From: Armatimonadota bacterium
Lineage (GTDB): Bacteria; Vulcanimicrobiota; JACPDS01; JBDRKI01
DNA length: 52,428 bases
Assembly: GCA_043814095.1 (NCBI GenBank)
Contig: JBDRKI010000097.1
Coordinates: forward strand, 1 to 52,428
Reading direction: 5' to 3'
Positions within the stretch are counted from its first letter, which is position 1; the number at the start of each line of letters is the position of its first letter. A program made the translations under genes and the position numbers. Of this stretch, positions 1 to 8,956 are shown in pieces. Under the pieces are notes generated by a model. It had not been told where the DNA came from, did no database searches, and saw nothing but the letters and a program-made list of their open reading frames with translations.

Positions 1-518
1 CTGAGTGAACCAAAAACACCAAACTTCTGCTTGGTACAGCTTACTTTTATATCATTACCATATTCTTCAAAACCTATATTGGCGCCAATTAACCCACCAT
101 AATGAAGTTTGGGATTAATGGAAAATACTATGCCTTTTTTATGCAGAATCTGTTCTCCATGGATAGCATTAAGCTGACCAAATAAATTATCAATGTCTCC
201 CCCAAGCCACGGGGATGTCCGGGCAATCTCCGCCTGCATAGCCAGAGCTGTCTTCTTGTCTGTATTATAAAGATAACTGAAAAACGAGCTGAGCTTATAT
301 TTAAACTCCTTAAACTGCTTTTCATCCTTGATTTTCGATAACCCGAATATTCCCTTTTCGTAATGCTTGTAATGTGCATTTAGTAAATCCAGAGAGGATA
401 AGCCTTTCTGTCCATCAGATTTGGCATCAATATTTGTTTCCTTAAGCGCTTCTTTAATACCCTGCGGTATCTTTGCCAGATTCACCGCACCTGACATATC
501 TGTATTATTATTACCCAT
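1..518 (-). CDS. Hypothetical protein, partial (runs off the left edge)
   Basis: Manual translation: ATG at 518 preceded by AGGGGGGG, open for 172 codons to the window edge (MGNNNTDMSGAVNLAKIPQGIKEALKETNIDAKSDGQKG...). Absent from the ORF track because there is no stop codon in the window. Confidence 0.75.
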   Translation of the reverse strand, partial: MGNNNTDMSGAVNLAKIPQGIKEALKETNIDAKSDGQKGLSSLDLLNAHYKHYEKGIFGLSKIKDEKQFKEFKYKLSSFFSYLYNTDKKTALAMQAEIARTSPWLGGDIDNLFGQLNAIHGEQILHKKGIVFSINPKLHYGGLIGANIGFEEYGNDIKVSCTKQKFGVFGSL

Positions 519-672
519 ATTCCCCCCCTAAAGTCTAATATTTTACAATCTAATTATACACTAAAATTCTTTTATAAATCAAGGAAAAATTGTTAACTTT
601 TCCTCCATTATGACTCTGCTTAACTCTTGTAATAAAGAGAAAAAGGTAGACTTTTATCATTAATTTCTTAAC

Positions 673-706
673 AAAAAAGGAGTTATTCTGTAAGAATAAC
701 TCCTTT
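673..706 (-). terminator. Rho-independent terminator downstream of hup
   Basis: 14-bp stem AAAGGAGTTATTCT / AGAATAACTCCTTT with a 3-nt loop, ending in a T-run on the minus strand. Confidence 0.8.
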
Positions 707-733
707 AATAAGCATATTTTTAACTACAGCTTA

Positions 734-1003
734 TTACATAACACCTTTTAATCCTTTACCGGATTTAAAAGCCACTACTCTTCTCTCTTTAATTTCTACC
801 TGTTCGCCTGTTCTGGGATTTCTGCCTGTTCTGCCGCGGCGAGTGCGTACCTCAAATGTTCCGAACGGAATTAACTGTACTTTCTCGCCTTTGGATAATG
901 ATTCTTTCATTAATTCCAGCATGTTTTCTACTATATCGATACCGATTTTCTTTTTGAATCCCATCTTGTCTGAGAGTTTCTCTGCCAGCAATACCTTATT
1001 CAT
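734..1003 (-). CDS. hup: HU family DNA-binding protein
   Basis: 89 aa with GEKVQLIPFGTFEV...RTGRNPRTGE...VAFKSGKGLK HU/IHF signature. Confidence 0.95.
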   Translation of the reverse strand: MNKVLLAEKLSDKMGFKKKIGIDIVENMLELMKESLSKGEKVQLIPFGTFEVRTRRGRTGRNPRTGEQVEIKERRVVAFKSGKGLKGVM

Positions 1004-1083
1004 TTGTTCACCCCCTCTCTTAAATTAGTAAATACTAATTTTTTAATTCTTAACTAAATTCCTTAAAAATATTGAAATTCCTT

Positions 1084-2145
1084 CTATTTCTTAGAATTTT
1101 TTGTTAAATTTTCATAACCGTCTTTTGTAATCAAAACAAGGTCCTCAATCCTGACTCCGGCAAAACCGCTTAAATAAATACCGGGCTCAACGGAAAGTAT
1201 CATACCGGGCCTTAAAACATCTTTAACATTCGGCCTGAAACTTGGGCTTTCATGTACTTCTATACCTATGCCATGGCCCAAACCGTGCCCGAATTCTTTG
1301 CCGTATCCTTCTTTTTCTATAAGGCCGCGTGCTTTATTATCAACATCACCGCATACTCTTCCTGATTTTATATAATCTAATGCCGCTTTCTGCGCTCTTG
1401 CGACAATATCATATATTTTCTTCTGTTTAGGTGATTTTTTACCTAAACATATTGTCCTTGTCATATCAGAACAGTATCCGTTATACTTGGCGCCGAAATC
1501 AATAACAATAAGATCGTCTTTTCTTATCTTCCTGTTCCCGGGTTTTGCATGAGGAAGCGCCCCGTTAGGACCTGAAGCAACTATAATATCAAATGATTCT
1601 TTCTCCGCGCCCAGCATCTTCATCTCCATCTGAAGAAGTGATGCGACAAATTTTTCGGTTACCCCGGGTTTTATCACTTTCAAGACATTTGCTAATGCTT
1701 TATTGGCAATATCCGCGGCTTTCTTTATATATTGAATCTCTTCTTTGCTTTTAATCTCCCTTAACTGGGTAACAGCACCTTCCAGCGGTATTAATTTTAC
1801 TTTACTTAACTCTTTTTTAAGTTTTTTGTATCCTGCAAAACTTACTTTATCATCCTCAAAGCCGACTTTCTTTATTCTGGGGAATTTTTTAAGGATACCT
1901 CTTATGCCGTCAAACTGACCGTCTCTATCGATCTTAATAAGGTTAAAACCTTTGCATTCCTTGCTTATCTGTTCCCAGTACCTGAAATCCGATAAAATAT
2001 ATCTCTGTTTGGGAGTTATAAAAAGGCACCCCGCGGAACCGGTAAAACCGCTTAAGTAAAATCTGTTCTCTTCGGAAGTTATAAGGAGGGCATCAACCTT
2101 TTTCTTTTTAAATACCTGGTTTAATTTTTTAAATTTCTCTTTCAT
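1084..2145 (-). CDS. Xaa-Pro aminopeptidase/dipeptidase (M24B family)
   Basis: Creatinase-like N-domain; DFGAKYNGYCSDMTRT, HGLGHGIGIEVHE, EPGIY and RIED metal-binding motifs. Confidence 0.93.
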   Translation of the reverse strand: MKEKFKKLNQVFKKKKVDALLITSEENRFYLSGFTGSAGCLFITPKQRYILSDFRYWEQISKECKGFNLIKIDRDGQFDGIRGILKKFPRIKKVGFEDDKVSFAGYKKLKKELSKVKLIPLEGAVTQLREIKSKEEIQYIKKAADIANKALANVLKVIKPGVTEKFVASLLQMEMKMLGAEKESFDIIVASGPNGALPHAKPGNRKIRKDDLIVIDFGAKYNGYCSDMTRTICLGKKSPKQKKIYDIVARAQKAALDYIKSGRVCGDVDNKARGLIEKEGYGKEFGHGLGHGIGIEVHESPSFRPNVKDVLRPGMILSVEPGIYLSGFAGVRIEDLVLITKDGYENLTKNSKK

Positions 2146-2169
2146 CAGATAACCGCCTTTCTTTCATTA

Positions 2170-2892
2170 TTATTTTAATCCGACTAATCCTCTAAGCTCT
2201 TTTATCTCATTTTTCTTTAAATACCTGTATTTTCCTCTCGGGAGATCCCCTAATTTAATACACCCTATTCTAACCCTTTTAAGATGCTCTACAGGCAGGC
2301 CTATCGTACCCAGCATATTCTTTACCTGGTGCTTTTTGCCTTCCCTTATCTCAAGATAAAGACTTGTCTTGTTAGCCGAAAAACGCTTTAATATCTTAAC
2401 TTTCGCGGGCATTGTCTTAACCCCTTCAACAACAACGCCGTGTTCCAATGCTTTTATCTGTCTTGTATCAGGCACTCCCTTAACAACAACAAAATAGAGT
2501 TTGCCTACTTTATACCTGGGATGCATAAGCCGGTTTGCAAGCTCGCCGTCATTTGTAAGAAGAAGAAGGCCTTCACTGTCATAATCAAGCCTTCCCACGG
2601 GATATACTCTTTCTTTGACCCTGGGGATTAAATCAGTAATTATGCGCCTGCCCCCGGGGTCTGATAATGAAGTTATATAATTCTGAGGTTTATTTAATAT
2701 TAAATAAACTTTCTGAGCAGATTCTACACGCCTGCCTTTAACATAAATAACATCTTTTTCAGGATCAACTTTTGTTCCAAGTTCAGTTACAAGCTTCCCG
2801 TTTACCTTTACAACGCCTTCTGTTATTAAAGTTTCACAGAAACGCCTTGAGCCCAATCCGGCTTGAGCTAAAATTTTCTGTAATCTTTCCAT
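2170..2892 (-). CDS. rluB: rRNA pseudouridine synthase, RluB/RsuA family
   Basis: S4 domain MERLQKILAQAGLGSRR; catalytic VGRLDYDSEGLLLLTNDG; start taken at ATG 2892. Confidence 0.9.
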   Translation of the reverse strand: MERLQKILAQAGLGSRRFCETLITEGVVKVNGKLVTELGTKVDPEKDVIYVKGRRVESAQKVYLILNKPQNYITSLSDPGGRRIITDLIPRVKERVYPVGRLDYDSEGLLLLTNDGELANRLMHPRYKVGKLYFVVVKGVPDTRQIKALEHGVVVEGVKTMPAKVKILKRFSANKTSLYLEIREGKKHQVKNMLGTIGLPVEHLKRVRIGCIKLGDLPRGKYRYLKKNEIKELRGLVGLK

Positions 2893-2893
2893 A

Positions 2894-3343
2894 TTATTCA
2901 CCAAACCTTATCTTTTTTATAACCCTGTATATTATATCTTCAGGGAAACCTCTTGAGCGCAGGAATGAGGTCAGCTTTCCTACCTGCTTATCATCAATAA
3001 CTTTTGCGCCTAATTTACTCTTAGCAAGCTCAAGCGATATATTATATTCTTCTTCCTCGGGATAAGATGATAAAGCTTCATCTGTAATATCTTTATCTAT
3101 CCCCTTTTCCCTTAATTTATTTATTATATGAAATCTTCCTTTTTTCTTCAATTTATACAAATACTTAACATAGTTATCCGCGTATTCCATGTCATTTATA
3201 AAGTTGTATTCCTTAAGCTTATCTATAACTTGGGATATAATATCAGAATCAAACTTCTTCTCTTGAAGCTTTTTTTCCATCTCTTTGGACGTTCTCGGTT
3301 TTATATTAATTAATTTTAAAGCTGTATTATATGCTTTTTTCAT
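2894..3343 (-). CDS. recX: Regulatory protein RecX
   Basis: RTSKEMEKKL, FINDMEYA, KLREKGI and FLRSRGF motifs; directly downstream of recA. Confidence 0.88.
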   Translation of the reverse strand: MKKAYNTALKLINIKPRTSKEMEKKLQEKKFDSDIISQVIDKLKEYNFINDMEYADNYVKYLYKLKKKGRFHIINKLREKGIDKDITDEALSSYPEEEEYNISLELAKSKLGAKVIDDKQVGKLTSFLRSRGFPEDIIYRVIKKIRFGE

Positions 3344-3400
3344 AAGGCAACTACTTCCCTTTTTTTATCTCTTTTTTTTCTTTTTTTTCAATAGTTTATT

Positions 3401-3435
3401 ATTAATAAGGGCGCATTGACTGCGCCCTTATTAAT
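3401..3435. terminator. Stem-loop between recA and recX (terminator or attenuator)
   Basis: 15-bp perfect stem ATTAATAAGGGCGCA / TGCGCCCTTATTAAT with a 5-nt loop; no strong U-tract. Confidence 0.6.
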
Positions 3436-3453
3436 ATAATTTTAAAACCTTCT

Positions 3454-4500
3454 TTACTTCTTAGTTGTCTCTTCTTTCTCTTTTTCTTTCTCGTTATTCA
3501 GAGGTTCTCTCCCTAAAAGCTGGGAGGTTTTTTCTTTTATAATCTTTTCAATCTCCTGCATCAGCTTTGTATCCTGTTCAAGATGAGTTTTGGCATTCTC
3601 CCTGCCCTGCCCTATCTTGTTATTCTTATATGTATACCAGGCGCCGCTTCTTTCTATTATACCGAGCGTCTGCGCTATATCAAGAAGGTCCCCTGTGCGT
3701 GATATGCCGTGCCCGAACATCATGTCAAATTCCGCCTGTTTAAACGGAGGAGCTAACTTGTTCTTAACGATTTTAACCCTTACCCTGTTTCCTATTATAT
3801 CAGTACCCTGCTTTATACTCTCTACCCTTCTTACTTCCATCCTTATTGAAGAATAGAATTTTAAAGCCCTGCCGCCTGTCGTAACTTCGGGGTTGCCGAA
3901 CATAACACCTATTTTTTCCCTTATCTGGTTTATGAATATGACGCTTGTTTTTGATTTGCTTACTACAGCGGTAAGTTTTCTTAACGCCTGGGACATAAGA
4001 CGGGCCTGCAGACCCATATGGGAATCACCCATTTCTCCTTCTATCTCGGCGCGCGGGGTAAGAGCGGCTACAGAATCAAGCACAACAACATCAACCGCGT
4101 TGCTGCGGACCAGAGATTCCACAATCTCCAGCGCCTGCTCGCCGGTATCCGGCTGTGAAACATAAAGCTCGTCAATATTTACACCCAACTTTGTGGCGTA
4201 TGTGGGGTCAAGCGCATGCTCCACATCCACAAAAGCGGCCGTGCCGCCTGCTTTCTGGGCCTGAGCCACTACCTGAAGGGCTATAGTGGTCTTTCCGGAA
4301 GATTCCGGCCCGTAAACTTCTACTACTCTTCCTCTGGGTATACCCCCTATGCCTGTGGCGATATCAAGGGCCAGCGAGCCCGTTGATATAGCGTCAATTC
4401 TAAGATTAGCGCCTGCCGAACCCAGCTTCATAATGGCGCCTTTGCCGAACTGCTTTTCAATCTGAGAAACCGCCATCTCCAGTGCTTTTTTCTTATCCAT
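3454..4500 (-). CDS. recA: Recombinase A
   Basis: GPESSGKTT Walker [39 protein letters not shown]. Confidence 0.99.
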   Translation of the reverse strand: MDKKKALEMAVSQIEKQFGKGAIMKLGSAGANLRIDAISTGSLALDIATGIGGIPRGRVVEVYGPESSGKTTIALQVVAQAQKAGGTAAFVDVEHALDPTYATKLGVNIDELYVSQPDTGEQALEIVESLVRSNAVDVVVLDSVAALTPRAEIEGEMGDSHMGLQARLMSQALRKLTAVVSKSKTSVIFINQIREKIGVMFGNPEVTTGGRALKFYSSIRMEVRRVESIKQGTDIIGNRVRVKIVKNKLAPPFKQAEFDMMFGHGISRTGDLLDIAQTLGIIERSGAWYTYKNNKIGQGRENAKTHLEQDTKLMQEIEKIIKEKTSQLLGREPLNNEKEKEKEETTKK

Positions 4501-4561
4501 AGTATGCCTCCTCTTTTATTTTTTTAATTATGTCATTTTTCCTTAATCAGGCTTTAAATCT

Positions 4562-5134
4562 TTACTTGGGTTTTAACATGAAAGTTCTTAAGTCAGAGTA
4601 CACAGGACCTGTTTTTTCAAGCTGGCTCTGGAATAAAGTAAAATACTTAACTTCCATGGCGCCTAAATGAAGATTGCTGTTCTCCTCCACCAGCTTAATG
4701 AGTTTTTCTTTATTCTTTGATGTCTTGATTCTTGCAAGAGTGATATGAGCGCTGAACTCCCTTTCTTCTTCCGGGATATCAAATTCTATAAGAGCATCTT
4801 CTATTTTATGAGCAAGTTCCTTCATCTTCTCCAGGCCTTTGCCCGAACCTATCCACAGAACCCTCGGGTTCCCTGTCCGGGGGAAAACTCCGACACCCTC
4901 TATATCAAGATCAAAGCATGTAAGCTCTCTTGATGCTGTTTGAAGTTTTTTTGTTATTTTTTCAAGAAGCTCCGGTTCAACAGCTCCTAAAAATTTTAAA
5001 GTTAAATGAAGATTTTCAACGGTTACCCATTTAGCGTCAAGATCCAAATTTTTACATTTTTCCATAATAGCGGAAACTTTTTCCAGTATTTCCTTGCTTA
5101 ATTTGCAGGCTATAAATAATCTTAAATAGTTCAT
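4562..5134 (-). CDS. thpR: RNA 2',3'-cyclic phosphodiesterase (2H family, LigT/ThpR)
   Basis: Two HxT motifs (NLHLTLKFLG and AHITLAR); RLFIA N-terminus; cinA-ligT-recA context. Confidence 0.92.
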   Translation of the reverse strand: MNYLRLFIACKLSKEILEKVSAIMEKCKNLDLDAKWVTVENLHLTLKFLGAVEPELLEKITKKLQTASRELTCFDLDIEGVGVFPRTGNPRVLWIGSGKGLEKMKELAHKIEDALIEFDIPEEEREFSAHITLARIKTSKNKEKLIKLVEENSNLHLGAMEVKYFTLFQSQLEKTGPVYSDLRTFMLKPK

Positions 5135-5172
5135 AATAAACGTCCAATTCTTTTTAAATACGCGTTATTCCT

Positions 5173-5637
5173 TTAATCGGATAAAACTTTTTCAAGCAGC
5201 TCAACACTCTTTTTTAGTGTCTGCTTCTTAACGGATAACCTGCCCCCTTTGAATATATACCTGCAAACCTGAGTCTTCTTTTTACAACAAACCGCTATAT
5301 ATACAAGCCCCACGGGTTTTTTCGCCATTCCCCCTGAAGGGCCCGCTATGCCGGTAACAGCCAGGGCCACATCACTGCCGGTTATATCTTTTACGGACTT
5401 AGCCATGCCCCGGGCCGCAACCTCGCTTACAGCACCGTATTTTTTAAGATAATCTTTTTTAATTTTTAAAAGTTTGGTTTTAAGGGAGTTGCTGTAAGCT
5501 ATTATTCCTCCGAGAAAATAATCTGAACTGCCCGGGATATCGGTTATTGTATTGCATATAAGGCCGCCTGTTAAGGATTCGGCTATAGATATTGTCAATT
5601 TGTTTTTTATAAGAAGTTCTGCGGATTTTTTAAACAT
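5173..5637 (-). CDS. pncC: CinA C-terminal domain protein / NMN deamidase PncC
   Basis: AESLTGG, PGSSDYF, GAVSE, TGIAGPSGG and KPVGLVYI motifs. Confidence 0.88.
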   Translation of the reverse strand: MFKKSAELLIKNKLTISIAESLTGGLICNTITDIPGSSDYFLGGIIAYSNSLKTKLLKIKKDYLKKYGAVSEVAARGMAKSVKDITGSDVALAVTGIAGPSGGMAKKPVGLVYIAVCCKKKTQVCRYIFKGGRLSVKKQTLKKSVELLEKVLSD

Positions 5638-5649
5638 ATAATAATCCTT

Positions 5650-6267
5650 TTAAAACTTGGGAATAGATCTAATAACCACACCCTGAATCTTAAAATCTTT
5701 GGTTAAAATTATGGGATTATGCGCGCTGTTGGAAGAATGCGGCTTTAATATAATGGTATCGCCCGAACTCTGGAATTCCTTAATTGTCGCTTCATCATCA
5801 ATTAACGCGACTACTATATCGCCGTTTTTAGCGGAAGACTGGCGCCGCACAAGAACCGTATCCCCGTCATTAATATTCTTCTTATCCATTGAATCGCCTT
5901 TTACCTGCAGCAGAAAATACTTATACGGGGGGCGTGCTAATTTTAATGAAACAGGGATCATTGCCTCTATGTTTTCTTCTGCTATTATGGGCGCACCGCA
6001 TGCCGCGGAACCCACAAGCGGCACATCCACTGTCTGGGTACGGGATTCGGTCTCTTCCACATTTTTAATAATCTGGAGGGAACCGTCACTCTTGCGGCGC
6101 AGGTACCCTTTATCTATTAAACCGTTGATTATTCCCGCAGACGAACGGGGAGAACGGTACCCGAAATAAGTCATGAGCTCCCGCGTGGACGGCGTACGAC
6201 CGGACTGCATCATCATATTTCTGATATACCTGATTGTTTTTAATTCTTTCGCTGACAAATTATCCAT
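5650..6267 (-). CDS. lexA: SOS repressor LexA
   Basis: Winged-helix N-domain (TPSTREL...LIDKGYLRR); VPLVGSAACGAP cleavage loop; GDSM catalytic Ser and ATIK Lys; GGAGGTG RBS before ATG 6267. Confidence 0.93.
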   Translation of the reverse strand: MDNLSAKELKTIRYIRNMMMQSGRTPSTRELMTYFGYRSPRSSAGIINGLIDKGYLRRKSDGSLQIIKNVEETESRTQTVDVPLVGSAACGAPIIAEENIEAMIPVSLKLARPPYKYFLLQVKGDSMDKKNINDGDTVLVRRQSSAKNGDIVVALIDDEATIKEFQSSGDTIILKPHSSNSAHNPIILTKDFKIQGVVIRSIPKF

Positions 6268-6278
6268 TACACACCTCC

Positions 6279-6316
6279 GTATACACAAGTATACATAATG
6301 TATACTGATTTGTCAA
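6279..6316 (-). promoter_or_regulatory. Sigma70-type lexA promoter with overlapping palindromic operator
   Basis: Minus strand TTGACA (6316-6311)-N17-TATACT (6293-6288); inverted repeat AGTATACAT-A-ATGTATACT at 6288-6306. Confidence 0.75.
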
Positions 6317-6347
6317 GTACGTTGTTAAAAAATCCCGGATAATTATG

Positions 6348-6684
6348 TCAAATACTTTTCATAATATTTAAAACTTTGGATTTTAAATCTACAATATCTT
6401 CTTTAATCACCATCCATACCCTTGCCATATTAACACCGAAATATTCATGGATTACAATTTCTCTCATTCCTGCAATTTTAGACCATGGTATTCCGGCATG
6501 TTCTTCCCTGAACTCTACAGGAATATTTTTTACCGCCTCGCCTATAATTTCCAATCTCCTTAATACGGCATCCTGAATCTGGGTATTGGCAGAAAACTCT
6601 TCTTCCGTTATCTTATCGGTATATTCTTTTATTTTATCAATACTTTCAATTATATCTTCAATACACCCTGATATCTCTTTTCAT
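6348..6684 (-). pseudogene. HepT-like (DUF86/HEPN) RNase toxin, frameshifted
   Basis: ATG 6684 gives MKRDIRVY then TGA; a shifted frame continues [13 protein letters not shown]...[16 protein letters not shown]...[14 protein letters not shown] (Rx4H motif). Confidence 0.8.
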
Positions 6685-6788
6685 AAAATTACCACCTGCT
6701 CATTTAAAATTCTGTCTCTTAACAAAGGTTTTATCATATCATACTCTACTAGATCCACCTTTATTCCTAAAATTTCTTCAATTCCCAT
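6681..6788 (-). pseudogene. Minimal nucleotidyltransferase (MntA-like) antitoxin remnant with internal deletion
   Basis: 35-aa ORF MGIEEILGIKVDLVEYDMIKPLLRDRILNEQVVIL with RBS GGGGTGA; resembles an MNT C-terminus, lacks GSx10DxD; ATGA overlap with the HEPN gene. Confidence 0.75.
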
Positions 6789-6886
6789 AAATTTCACCCC
6801 TTAGAAGTTATTATATCACATTATATTATTTAACTTTCCAAAAAGCTCCTGCTGGTTAATATTTTAAAATAACAGCAGTAAAAAAC

Positions 6887-6920
6887 AATACAGGGGTTTG
6901 ATTATTCAAACCCCTGTATT
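6887..6920 (-). terminator. Terminator after acpP
   Basis: 15-bp stem AATACAGGGGTTTGA / TCAAACCCCTGTATT followed by a T-rich tract on the minus strand. Confidence 0.8.
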
Positions 6921-6942
6921 TATAAAAACACGTTATACAGTT

Positions 6943-7185
6943 TTATACGTTAGCTTCTAAATGATCCTGTATATATTTAACTGCATGCGAAACCGTGCCT
7001 ATTTTTTCGGCATCCTCATCCGGAATTTCCATGTTGAATTCCTGCTCGAGAGCCATCACTAATTCCACTGTATCTAATGAATCGGCACCCAGATCATCCG
7101 TAAATGATGCTTCCGAAGTTACCTGCTCTTCATCTACGCCTAACTGTTCGATTATAATCTTTTTTACTCTTTCAAATACTGACAT
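6943..7185 (-). CDS. acpP: Acyl carrier protein
   Basis: [17 protein letters not shown] phosphopantetheine site; RBS GGAGGTGA before ATG 7185. Confidence 0.97.
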   Translation of the reverse strand: MSVFERVKKIIIEQLGVDEEQVTSEASFTDDLGADSLDTVELVMALEQEFNMEIPDEDAEKIGTVSHAVKYIQDHLEANV

Positions 7186-7227
7186 TAAGTTCACCTCCCT
7201 TCAAGATATTTTATGAAAACCAAACTT

Positions 7228-7974
7228 TTAACTCATCACCATGCCGCCGTCAACCGTAATTACCTGGCCGGTAATATACTTTGACAGATCCGATACCAGA
7301 AAAAGAACCGCGCTCGCCACATCTTTAGGCGTTCCCAGTATCCCTAAAGGTATCTGCTTAAGCATAGCATCTTTAACTTCCTGGGGCAAGCCGTCTGTCA
7401 TGGCTGTCTGTATGAAGCCGGGGGCTATCGCGTTCACATTTACATTCCGTGAAGCAAGCTCCCTTGCGGTTGTTTTTGTAAGCCCTATAATACCGGCTTT
7501 GCTGGCCGCATAATTAGCCTGGCCCGCATTACCGATCAATCCGATTACAGACGCTATATTAACAATCCTGCCGGTTCTTGCCTTCATCATATGCCTCGCG
7601 CATGCTTTAGTGCATAAAAACGCGGACTTAAGATTCACGTTTAAAACAAGGTCCCAGTCTTCTTCCTTCATTCTCATAAGAAGGGTATCTCTTGTTATTC
7701 CGGCATTATTTATCAGTATGTCAAGTTTCCCATAAGATTTTATACAATCATCTATCATTTTGTCAACATCTTCAGATTTTGAAACATTACAGCAATTAAC
7801 CTTGCCGCTGCCTCCGGCATCCTGTATTAATTTAAGGGTCTCGGCCGCGCCATGCTCATCCAGATCATTTATAATTACAGTAGCTCTGCAGGAAGCTAAA
7901 GCCAGGGCTATCTCCCTGCCTATGCCTCTTCCCGCGCCAGTAACTAACGCTGTTTTATCTTTTAAATCTATCAT
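7228..7974 (-). CDS. fabG: 3-oxoacyl-ACP reductase
   Basis: TGAGRGIG, NNAGITRD, YAASKAG and NAIAPGFI SDR motifs; fab cluster. Confidence 0.96.
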   Translation of the reverse strand: MIDLKDKTALVTGAGRGIGREIALALASCRATVIINDLDEHGAAETLKLIQDAGGSGKVNCCNVSKSEDVDKMIDDCIKSYGKLDILINNAGITRDTLLMRMKEEDWDLVLNVNLKSAFLCTKACARHMMKARTGRIVNIASVIGLIGNAGQANYAASKAGIIGLTKTTARELASRNVNVNAIAPGFIQTAMTDGLPQEVKDAMLKQIPLGILGTPKDVASAVLFLVSDLSKYITGQVITVDGGMVMS

Positions 7975-8001
7975 ATCTCACCATATTTCTTTTTTTATCT
8001 G

Positions 8002-8946
8002 CTATACGCTGTTGCCTATTGTTATTCCTTCTTTTAATTTCAAAAAAGAAGCATCATCGGATAGGTTAAAAGTTTTAGCTTCTTTGGATATTCTTTTTAC
8101 CAGAGCGCTTAAAACCTTACCCGGACCTATTTCAATAAATGTGTCAACACCGTCTTTTACCATATTATTTATAATATCAACCCATAGAACTTTTGAAGTA
8201 ATCTGCTCTTTAACCAGTTCCTTTAATGTTTCCGGATCATTAACATATCCTGCATTAACATTGCTTACCATGGGGACATTTAAACTGTTAAATGAATACT
8301 TATCAACTTCTTCTGCAAGTTTTTCTCCCGCTACAGCCATAAGAGGTGAATGGAAAGCCCCGCTTACGGGAAGCTTTATTCCTCTTTTGGCGCCGCTCGC
8401 AAGAGATAAATTTACCGCTTCATCAACGGCCATGTCTTCACCCGATATTACAATCTGTTCGGGGCTGTTAATATTGGCGGAAACAACTATTCCCAGACAT
8501 GAAGCTTGCCTGCATATTGATTCAACCTGCTCTGTGCTTAATCCCACAATAGCGGCCATGGCGGATTTTTTATCTGTTGATACGCTCATGAGCTCGCCTC
8601 TTTTTCTTACAATGCGCAATGCATCTTCAAAGCTTAAAGCTCCGCTTACGGCAAGCGCGGTATACTCGCCGACACTGTGGCCCGCTACCACGTTATAAGG
8701 GATATTAAGCGTCTCAAATAATTTAAACAAAGCATAACTTGTAGCAACTATTGCCGGCTGGGTAATCTGGGTCTTCTTTAATTCTTCTTCAGTACCATTA
8801 AAACAGATCCCCTTTAAAGGTATGCCCAGTACTTCATCCGCCTTATCAAAAACTTCCCTGCATTCTTTATAATTTTCATATACATCTTTACCCATGCCCG
8901 GATACTGGGAGCCCTGTCCCGGAAATATCAACGCTATCTTGCTCAA
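8002..8946 (-). CDS. fabD: Malonyl-CoA:ACP transacylase
   Basis: FPGQGSQ, GHSVGEY and SGAFHS motifs; probable TTG start at 8946 after AAGGAGG. Confidence 0.95.
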   Translation of the reverse strand: MSKIALIFPGQGSQYPGMGKDVYENYKECREVFDKADEVLGIPLKGICFNGTEEELKKTQITQPAIVATSYALFKLFETLNIPYNVVAGHSVGEYTALAVSGALSFEDALRIVRKRGELMSVSTDKKSAMAAIVGLSTEQVESICRQASCLGIVVSANINSPEQIVISGEDMAVDEAVNLSLASGAKRGIKLPVSGAFHSPLMAVAGEKLAEEVDKYSFNSLNVPMVSNVNAGYVNDPETLKELVKEQITSKVLWVDIINNMVKDGVDTFIEIGPGKVLSALVKRISKEAKTFNLSDDASFLKLKEGITIGNSV

Positions 8947-8956
8947 AACAGCCTCC

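Noticed and set aside
128-379. 83-aa minus-strand ORF from the track
   Set aside because: Out-of-frame shadow inside the longer ORF starting at 518, which has an RBS
3357-3391. T-homopolymer tracts upstream of recX encoding a tiny LKKKKKKR peptide on the minus strand
   Set aside because: Eight codons with no RBS; such tracts are common in AT-rich DNA, and there is no evidence for phase variation or a leader peptide
7760-8698. 312-aa plus-strand ORF, and the many other antisense ORFs in the track
   Set aside because: Antisense to well-conserved genes (here fabD/fabG); Ser/Leu/Phe-rich shadow composition and no recognisable motifs
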